This document shows positions 39,702-46,361 of a stretch of DNA of 46,361 nucleotides, in pieces. The first letter of the stretch is position 1. Each line of letters begins with the position of its first letter. The DNA is from an uncultured Actinomycetes bacterium (lineage in GTDB: Bacteria > Actinomycetota > Thermoleophilia > UBA2241): positions 1 through 46,361 of the forward strand of contig CAVWIH010000001.1 in the NCBI GenBank assembly GCA_963755025.1. The letters are read 5' to 3'. The notes below the pieces were generated by a model. That model searched no databases, was not told where the DNA came from, and saw only the letters and a program-made list of their open reading frames with translations. The translations under genes were made by a program, and so were the position numbers.

Positions 39702-40217
39702 ATGCACCTTTTCGGTGATACGTCAGGACCCCACATGGCGCATTTCCACGCCCGCCGTGAGAACGGTTGCATCGAACTCGACTGGGAGGTCCGCAAGGCC
39801 GATGAAGTGCGCTGGCGGGTGCTGCGCTCGGAGCAGGACTATGCGGCCAGCGCTGAACCGCCCGGCACCAACGGCCAGGTGCTGGTCAGCGAAAGCCCGG
39901 ACACCTACCTCGCAGACCAGGGCCTCGACCCTGACAAGCACTACTGCTACACCGTCTTCTCACAGGAACCCGACGGCACCTGGCGCAAGCAAGTCGAGGT
40001 CAAGCTGCGCCCGCACGACCTACTCGGCTGGTTTCACCCCCAAGCGCACGACATCGTGGATGCCCAGGCGAGCCTGGCACGAATGCCTTCGGGGTCCGAG
40101 TTCACGCAGCGGTCGCCACTCGACGGGCTCACGCGCGGCGCAGCGGGAATGGGCATCGACACGCGTCGTCAGTCATCTGCGGTCCGGGACTGGCTGACTC
40201 TGGACGGCGGCGACTGA
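39702..40217 (+). CDS. Hypothetical protein with Fn3-like N-terminal domain
   Basis: IELDW...WRVLRS...D.GL...YCYTVFS...W; AAGGAG RBS. Confidence 0.65.
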   Translation: MHLFGDTSGPHMAHFHARRENGCIELDWEVRKADEVRWRVLRSEQDYAASAEPPGTNGQVLVSESPDTYLADQGLDPDKHYCYTVFSQEPDGTWRKQVEVKLRPHDLLGWFHPQAHDIVDAQASLARMPSGSEFTQRSPLDGLTRGAAGMGIDTRRQSSAVRDWLTLDGGD

Positions 40218-40396
40218 GGGGGCAGAAAGGACCCGGCCCCGCGTCCTTCACCAGGTCACATCCAAGCCTCCCACGGCTCGGGTCTGTTCCACGTAGCCGA
40301 AGATGTCTCCGTTGCCTCGGAGGTGTCATAGGCGACCGTTCTGCCACCCGCATGTGCCCGCATGCCCGGCAGGTCGTTAGCCTACTAGTGGTCGCC

Positions 40397-40490
40397 GAAG
40401 GGCCTTCCAGAGCCCGCTTGCAACCCTCCTGCAACCGAACGGAGCGGCAGAAGACGGCGCTCGGCGGTGTTGGACGGCACTCAACGGCGG
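40397..40490 (+). repeat. Dispersed repeat copy 2 (att-arm-like)
   Basis: See copy 1; an extra TGCAACC-AACC-GGTTGC site follows at about 40540-40556. Confidence 0.88.
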
Positions 40491-40578
40491 TCGGGCCATC
40501 CGCGCCAGGGCTGTTTAGCGAGGGTCGGCGGGGTTAGTCTGCAACCAACCGGTTGCCGAGATCCCAGGAGGCAGCGCA

Positions 40579-41220
40579 GTGCCGCCCGACAAACGTCCGC
40601 CCCGTACGCGTCGATCGCTCAGCAAGGCACGCATGGAAGCGCTTAGCGACGGCGTGTTCGGCTTTGCCATCACGCTGCTCGTGCTGGACATCGCGATTCA
40701 TCCGCCGGGCTCGCCGCTGCACGAAGTGCTTCAGGCCTGGCCGGCCTATTTCGCCTACGTCGTTAGCTTCATGACGATCGGCGCGGCCTGGCTCGTCCAC
40801 AGCTCGCTGACCGATCGGCTGGCGCAGGTCGATCCGATCTTCCAGCGACTCAACCTGCTCGTCTTGTTCGCGGTGGTGTTCCTGCCGTTCCCCACCCGGC
40901 TGGTCTCCCTGTCCCTGCACGACTTCCGAGGCGAGGTCGTGTACGTCACCATGTACGGGCTCACGATCCTGGCCATCCGCATCACGGGAGGGGTACTGGA
41001 TGCCTATGCCGCTCGTGCCCGTCTCTACTCGCCCGACAAAGACGACGAGGAGCTGCACCGACACCGCCGCAAGACGCTGCCGGCCTTGGCCGTGTATGTG
41101 ATCGCGATCCTCATCGGCCTGGTCGAGCCCTTGGTGGCGATGGCGCTGTACTTCACCCTGGCGGTCTTCCTTGTCGTGCCGTTCCGCGATGTCGGCCGGC
41201 TGTTGTTCCGGCGCTCGTGA
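40579..41220 (+). CDS. TMEM175/DUF1211 potassium-channel-like protein
   Basis: RMEALSDGVFGFAITLLVL, SF.TIG..W..H, LPFPT. Confidence 0.9.
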   Translation: MPPDKRPPRTRRSLSKARMEALSDGVFGFAITLLVLDIAIHPPGSPLHEVLQAWPAYFAYVVSFMTIGAAWLVHSSLTDRLAQVDPIFQRLNLLVLFAVVFLPFPTRLVSLSLHDFRGEVVYVTMYGLTILAIRITGGVLDAYAARARLYSPDKDDEELHRHRRKTLPALAVYVIAILIGLVEPLVAMALYFTLAVFLVVPFRDVGRLLFRRS

Positions 41221-41335
41221 CTCTGCCTCCGAACCGCGCACCTGCCAGAGCATCCGACCCGGTGACTACTCTCCATACCTCTCTCGCTCACGAAGGCCCC
41301 ACCCACCGGCACGGCATGCGCAGGAGACTCGGCTT

Positions 41336-41884
41336 TTGAGGTCGCCGCAGACGCTGAGCGAAACCGACCGGCGGATCGTCGTGGCTTGGGCAGCGGACTG
41401 CGCCGAGCGGGTACTCGGATTGTTCGAGGCCGAAGCTCCAGACGACGGCCGCCCGCGTGCTGCGATCGCCCGGGCACGCGCCTTTGCCCGTGGCGAGCTC
41501 GACGTTACAGAGGAGATTCGACGCCGTTTCGTCGGCGGTGCCGCTGCGCGCGAGGTGATGGCTCCCCAAGCCGTGGCTGCCGCACGAGCTGCTGGACAGG
41601 CCGCAGCCGTCCCCCATATGGGCGCGCACGCCCTGGGTGCCGCGGCATATGCGGCAAAGGCGGCTGGGCTGGCCGCGCCTGACCAGCCTGAGGCCGTCAG
41701 TCAGGAGATCCGCTGGCAGGTTGGCCGCATGTCTGCCGCGGTCCGATTCGCCCTGCGACAACTGCCACCCGTCGGTGAGAATCGCTCCGGTCCCCTCGGG
41801 CCAGGGCTTCTCGCATCGGGTCTCCTCGGCACGGTTATCCGTGAGCTGCAGGCCAGCTTGGCGGAGGACGCGTCGGAGGACTAG
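41336..41884 (+). CDS. Imm5-like putative immunity protein
   Basis: WAADCAERVL, DGRPRAAI, AARAAGQAAAV.HMGAHA..AAAYA; AGGAG RBS before TTG. Confidence 0.75.
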   Translation: MRSPQTLSETDRRIVVAWAADCAERVLGLFEAEAPDDGRPRAAIARARAFARGELDVTEEIRRRFVGGAAAREVMAPQAVAAARAAGQAAAVPHMGAHALGAAAYAAKAAGLAAPDQPEAVSQEIRWQVGRMSAAVRFALRQLPPVGENRSGPLGPGLLASGLLGTVIRELQASLAEDASED

Positions 41885-42120
41885 ATCCGTCAGCCGGACA
41901 CGTCGCTCCGGTGCGATCTGGTGGACTCGTCGCGCAAGTTCGAGATCTGTCTGGTTGGGTCCACCAAGCAGTAGCACGATGGTGGGCAATTTCGGCCGCC
42001 AGCATTTTTGAGCCCATCGCCCCCAATCGGCAGGCTCTTTTCGTTGAGTTCGGGCTGCCCGGGAAGACACCCCATACAAGACTATGCAGCGGGGGCAGCG
42101 CTGCTGGCGAGGAGGCGAGC

Positions 42121-42429
42121 ATGACCACAACGAGGATTTCCGGTGGCGTCGCACATGAGCTACCGACAGACCTGCGGTGCGCGTTATCGTCCGACCCTGA
42201 AGCTCTGGCGGCCTGGGAAGACATCACGCCACTTTCCCGCAACGAATGGATTTGCTGGACGATCTCCGTCAAGACCCCGGAGAAGAGAAAGGAACATGTC
42301 ACTAGGGTCGTCTCGGAACTTAAGGAAGGGATGCGCCGCCCTTGCTGTTGGTACGGCTGCGTTCATCGCAAGGACAAGGCGTTAAGCCCTTCCCAGAAGT
42401 TCATGCTCGACAGACGAGCTGGCAAATAG
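42121..42429 (+). CDS. Short YdeI/OmpD-associated family protein
   Basis: LPTDL..AL, ITPLSRNEWICW, K...R, RRPCCW.GC.HR; GAGGAGG RBS. Confidence 0.85.
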   Translation: MTTTRISGGVAHELPTDLRCALSSDPEALAAWEDITPLSRNEWICWTISVKTPEKRKEHVTRVVSELKEGMRRPCCWYGCVHRKDKALSPSQKFMLDRRAGK

Positions 42430-42455
42430 GTCGAGCGGGCATGACTGACCAGCGA

Positions 42456-42484
42456 GCTGTCCCCTGAGCGGATCAGGGGACGGC
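42456..42484. terminator. GC-rich hairpin between convergent genes
   Basis: GCTGTCCCCTGA-GCGGA-TCAGGGGACGGC, no U-tract. Confidence 0.5.
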
Positions 42485-42505
42485 ACTAGGCCCGGAGCGT
42501 GCGGC

Positions 42506-42853
42506 CTACCCTCGCACTTCCTGCCCCGCCGCCGCCAGCGCCTCATCCAGGGCGGCGTAAACGGGGATGACCGCAAGGAGCCCGGTGACCTCGATGAGCC
42601 GTTTCAGCTGCCCAGGCGCGCAGACCAGGAGAAGCGAAGCGCCTTCCTGTTTGAGCCGTTTGGCGTTCGAAACAAGGACAGCGAGCGCAGCCGAGTCGAT
42701 GAAGGGCACCGCCGAAAGGTCGACGATGACGTGCCGGGCAGTGCCGTCGACGTCACGATGGAGTACCTGGTCAAGGGTCGGTGCCGTGTAGAAGTCGACC
42801 TCGCCGTCGACCATGACGATGGCGACGGTATCGGAGGGTCGGTCGACGTCCAC
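42506..42853 (-). CDS. STAS-domain anti-sigma-factor antagonist (start uncertain)
   Basis: GEVDFYTAP, VDLS.V.FIDSAAL, L.EVTGL. Confidence 0.85.
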   Translation of the reverse strand: MDVDRPSDTVAIVMVDGEVDFYTAPTLDQVLHRDVDGTARHVIVDLSAVPFIDSAALAVLVSNAKRLKQEGASLLLVCAPGQLKRLIEVTGLLAVIPVYAALDEALAAAGQEVRG

Positions 42854-43005
42854 GCGAAGCTCAAGGTCGAGCCTCTCTGAGCCGTGTGCCGTCGGCGCCG
42901 CGTCGGCTGAGGCGCTGTATGCAGGACAAAAGCGGCGAGTACAGGTTCCGCAGGGCTGTGGCTGGTCAAGCCCGTTGCCCACCAGAGATCGAGACTGGAC
43001 TCGAC

Positions 43006-44019
43006 TCAGGGTGTCCCGGTCACCCCGTCGACTGCCGCCAGCGCCACGGCCTTGACCTGGGCAATGCCGATCTCCTCTGACGGCTGATGGTTGGACAGCA
43101 CCGCGACCAACAGCTGCTGGTGGGCATGCTCGATGACGCCGATGCTGTTGATCACCCACAGCTGGGGGTCCGGCAGCCAGCCGTCCTTGACCGCGAAGGA
43201 TGTGCCGGGCGTGGCGGCGGCGCTGACGCCCCAAGCCTGATCGGGTGTCACGTCCTCCATCAGGTCAAGCTCAAAGGACCGCGATGCCCTATCGAGTGGA
43301 GAAGGCGTCGAAGTCAGGTCGCGAAGCAACCTGAGCTGGTCCGAGACGGTCGTTGTGGTGAGACCCCAGTAGTAGTCGGCCCCGGGAGTCGTATGCGTAA
43401 GGCCGAGTTTGGCGTTGGCTTCGGCCATGCCCCACGCTGCGCCGTCATCGCCCCACAGGTCGGTGGCCGCGTCGTTGTCGCTGTCTTCGATCATCTGCTC
43501 GGCGAGTTCGTCTTCGCCAGTGCTGAGAGCGGTGCCCGACTGCTCGTTACGGAGCAGTAACGCCGCCAGCACGTCGGCCTTGACGATGCTGGCGGTGTGG
43601 AACAGCTCAGTAGGGTTGTAGAGGGCCCGTGCACCTGTAGTGCGGTCTATCACGCCGACGGCGAGGTCTCCGGTGTGGTGTGCGAGGATGGGGGCAAGCG
43701 CGGCGACGAGCGCCCTCTGGGGGTCGGCGACCGCCGGAGTTGGGGTGGCACGAGGCGACGATATCTTGACCGTGGGGCGGACCCGAGCCGAGGCAGACGG
43801 ACTGCCCTTGCGACGACGCGATCGGCCGGCATGCTCGTGGGCCCGCGCGACCGAGACGCCGGCCACGGCCGCGACCGCGATCACGACCACAAGCGCCGAC
43901 ACTGACGCCAGTCTTCTCAGGCGATTGGGTCGCCGATGGCGTGCCCTCGTCCTGCCGCGGGCCGGTCGGCCTCGGCCGCCCCGCTGCCGCGAGCGGGCCG
44001 GCAGGCTCAACCTCGCCAC
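43006..44019 (-). CDS. Membrane-anchored class A beta-lactamase-like serine hydrolase (start uncertain)
   Basis: ASIVK (SxxK), SDN, KDG in place of KTG; TM helix near N-terminus. Confidence 0.82.
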   Translation of the reverse strand: MARLSLPARSRQRGGRGRPARGRTRARHRRPNRLRRLASVSALVVVIAVAAVAGVSVARAHEHAGRSRRRKGSPSASARVRPTVKISSPRATPTPAVADPQRALVAALAPILAHHTGDLAVGVIDRTTGARALYNPTELFHTASIVKADVLAALLLRNEQSGTALSTGEDELAEQMIEDSDNDAATDLWGDDGAAWGMAEANAKLGLTHTTPGADYYWGLTTTTVSDQLRLLRDLTSTPSPLDRASRSFELDLMEDVTPDQAWGVSAAATPGTSFAVKDGWLPDPQLWVINSIGVIEHAHQQLLVAVLSNHQPSEEIGIAQVKAVALAAVDGVTGTP

Positions 44020-44187
44020 CCAGACGCCGATCTCATGTCCGTTTCCTGGTCGGTCGCATCCTAAGAGTGAAGCACGTAGCAAGCACAATACGGCCAGCCG
44101 CCTGTCCACGCCAACAAGTGGCTCTATGACGAGGGGTCCGACGGCGGCTCTAGAATCACACAAGGGGAGGTGCGAAGGTCTTTGAGG

Positions 44188-45771
44188 ATGCACAGACACA
44201 GATGGGCGACCGTGGCGATCGTCGCCGGCGCGCTTTGCGCCGCTCTTTGCGCCCTGGCCCTGCTTGCCTGGCCGCGAGTCGACATCGATTCGACCAACGT
44301 GGCACTGGCGCGCGTCACCCTGCCGCACTTCGCCGGACGGGTCACGGCGGTGACGGTCAGCTCGCCGAGCGGCCAGCCGGTCCCCGTGCAGCTGCATCGC
44401 GGTGAGCTATGGCCCCAGCGCAAACTTGTCGCTGGTGAACTTCTTTCGGTCGAGGTCACGGTGCGCCGTCCCGGTTGGGCAGGTTGGCTTGTTGGCGCCA
44501 GCAAGCAGCGCAGCTTCACTCTCAGGACGCCACAGGCGCAGCTGCTGGGCCGCTGGCTGCAGGTCAAGGCTGGCTCGCCGGTCACGGTGGCCTTCGATGC
44601 GCCGGTCGAGATGATCTCCCTCTCGGGGTCGCCGGCGCGGGCGTTGCCCAGCCCGCAAACAGTCGTGGCGCTGGGCGTGGTGGCAGGCAGCTCGCGCAGT
44701 GCCGGGACGATCAAGGTCGCGGCTTCTGCGCGCCCTTGGGAACGCCTGTCGGCACCCCTTAAAGTGAGCTGGTTTGCCGCACGGCCCTACGCGCAACTGC
44801 TCGCCGAGCCCAGGTCCGGGGCACGGCTCGCACCCAGCGGCACGCTGACCCTGACCTTCTCCCGGCCAGTTCGGGATGTGCTGGGCGGCGCCCGGCCGCA
44901 GGTCGCGCCCACAACCGCCGGTCACTGGCGCCTTGCCGACGCGCACACCCTGGTCTTTCAGCCGAGCGGCCTCGGTTTCGCGTTCGGTACGCAGGTGAGT
45001 CTGACGCTGCCAGTCGCGGTGCACCTCGCTGGCCAGCCAAACGCCACCGTCACGCGCACGCTCGACTGGCAGGTGCCGCAGGGCTCGACCTTGCGCCTGC
45101 AGCAGCTGCTGGCGCAGCTGGGCTACCTGCCACTTGCCTGGAAGCCGACGCATCAGTCGGCGCCGTCGCTGGCGAGCGAGCTGGCCGCCGCGGTCTCGCC
45201 CCCGCCGGGGCGGTTCGTCTGGCGCTACCCGCGACTGCGCTCCATGCTGGGCTCGCTCTGGCAGCCCGGGCAGTACACCGTCACTGCGCAGGGCGCGGTC
45301 ATGGCCTTCGAGGCCGACCATAGTCTGACCGCCGATGGCGTGGTCGACGACCAGGTGTGGGCCGATCTGCTGCGGGCCGCCGTGCATCATCAGGCCGCTC
45401 GCCAGCCCTACGACTACCTCGAGGTCTCGCAGGCGAGCCCCGAGACACTTTCGGTCTGGCGCGCCGGGCACATCATCTACTCGACGCCGTGCAACACCGG
45501 CATCGCCGCCCGGCCGACTGCCGATGGCACGTTCCCGGTCTATGCCCGCTATCTCTCGACGACGATGAAAGGCACCAACCCCGACGGCAGCCCCTACAAC
45601 GATCCCGGGGTGCCTGATGTCGCCTATTTCAACGGCGGCGACGCCGTGCACGGCTTTCTGCGGCCCGGGTACGGCTGGCCGCAAAGCCTGGGCTGCGTCG
45701 AGCTGCCCTACAGTGCCGCAGCCGTGGTGTTCAACTACGACCCCATCGGCACGCTGGTCTCTGTCTCCTGA
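44188..45771 (+). CDS. L,D-transpeptidase (YkuD) with Ig-like and peptidoglycan-binding domains (alternative start 44170)
   Basis: N-terminal TM, LQQLLAQLGY/LTADGVV PG-binding pattern, AVHG...SLGCV. Confidence 0.88.
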   Translation: MHRHRWATVAIVAGALCAALCALALLAWPRVDIDSTNVALARVTLPHFAGRVTAVTVSSPSGQPVPVQLHRGELWPQRKLVAGELLSVEVTVRRPGWAGWLVGASKQRSFTLRTPQAQLLGRWLQVKAGSPVTVAFDAPVEMISLSGSPARALPSPQTVVALGVVAGSSRSAGTIKVAASARPWERLSAPLKVSWFAARPYAQLLAEPRSGARLAPSGTLTLTFSRPVRDVLGGARPQVAPTTAGHWRLADAHTLVFQPSGLGFAFGTQVSLTLPVAVHLAGQPNATVTRTLDWQVPQGSTLRLQQLLAQLGYLPLAWKPTHQSAPSLASELAAAVSPPPGRFVWRYPRLRSMLGSLWQPGQYTVTAQGAVMAFEADHSLTADGVVDDQVWADLLRAAVHHQAARQPYDYLEVSQASPETLSVWRAGHIIYSTPCNTGIAARPTADGTFPVYARYLSTTMKGTNPDGSPYNDPGVPDVAYFNGGDAVHGFLRPGYGWPQSLGCVELPYSAAAVVFNYDPIGTLVSVS

Positions 45772-46060
45772 CACCGATCAGGCCGTCTTCGGGGAGCCGG
45801 GTGGAGCGAAGGCTGCATCGTGGTCGCTTGGCGCCAGGGGCGTCGGCATCGGGTCGGCACGACTGCCCACTTGCAGGGCTCTGACAAGACAAAAAGTCTC
45901 GCTGACCTACCCTCACCAGATGCACGGGCAGTGACCACCCTCCCTCTTGCTTGCCTCCTGGCCTTCGCGAAGCCCGACATAGCTCTGGCGTACTCTGAGG
46001 CGACGAAGATAGTGTCCGGGACCCAGAAGAGTGCTGCGCACGAGGGTGGCTTTCGGGGCG

Positions 46061-46361
46061 CTACTTGACCGCCAGCCTGTTCCAGCCCAGGCGGCTCTGA
46101 GCGTTGCCCGCCAGATCGCTCGCGTAGATGCGATAGGTGTAGCTGCCGCGAGCCAGCGTCACCCGCGACCTGTAGCCAAGCGAAGCGCCGGTCTTCTTTG
46201 TCCCCAATGCGATGCTTTTCGCCAGCTTCTTGTGTGCGCTGTAGATCTTCAGGGTCACCTTGGCTGTGGGACTCAACTTATCGGTGACCCTGTATGGGAA
46301 GGTGACGGAGGCGTCGCGGCGCACGCTGAGTGACTTCAGCGCGTAGGTGGCGGGACCAGTG
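46061..46361 (-). CDS. C-terminal Ig-like domain of a probably secreted protein, 5' part outside window
   Basis: Open to window edge; VTLKIY...LARGSYTYRIYASDLAGN pattern. Confidence 0.65.
   Translation of the reverse strand, partial: TGPATYALKSLSVRRDASVTFPYRVTDKLSPTAKVTLKIYSAHKKLAKSIALGTKKTGASLGYRSRVTLARGSYTYRIYASDLAGNAQSRLGWNRLAVK

Larger units (their letters stand above)
38580..46361. mobile_element. Probable tRNA-Glu-anchored genomic island (no integrase in window)
   Basis: Abrupt drop in GC/GC3 right after the tRNA CCA, att-arm-like repeats, short accessory genes. Confidence 0.55.

Noticed and set aside
39333-40335. Short similarity between 39333-39365 and 40299-40333 (AGAT...TCCGT.GCCTCGGAG)
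   Set aside because: Only about 30 nt with several mismatches and two copies; cannot be told from chance by eye
40330-40385. Integron attC site (ends in GTTAGCC)
   Set aside because: No matching RYYYAAC end or convincing palindrome, no repetition between other island genes, no intI

Overview
High-GC bacterial window, most consistent with Actinomycetota (inference from GC content, many leaderless -10/start arrangements and gene content; anaerobe-type two-subunit fumarase). It runs from a tRNA-Ala at the left edge through a six-gene catabolic operon built around a divergent enolase, then a long stretch of mixed housekeeping/accessory genes (ABC-2 exporter, ATP-grasp/HAD, tag, GH18, HD hydrolases, GT4, PHP, DedA, CsoR-family, DUF362, VapC, pcm, fumarase, two G1 peptidases, sucCD, sirtuin), to a degenerate tRNA-Gln plus intact tRNA-Glu(CTC). 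After the tRNA-Glu a visibly less GC-rich island begins (att-like repeat in two copies, three DUF2007-like paralogues missed by the ORF track, TMEM175, Imm5-like, STAS, serine hydrolase, L,D-transpeptidase). Many conserved genes carry single-base frameshifts, most likely sequencing/assembly indels, so several long ORFs in the track are artefacts. Best candidates for new biology: the enolase-like/GckA/LarA-like operon, a metallophosphoesterase carrying a VapB-like tail coupled to vapC, the DUF2007-like array between att-like repeats, the tRNA-like RNA, and a pervasive 23-42 bp tandem-duplication signature. All family assignments are from motif recognition by eye, not database searches.
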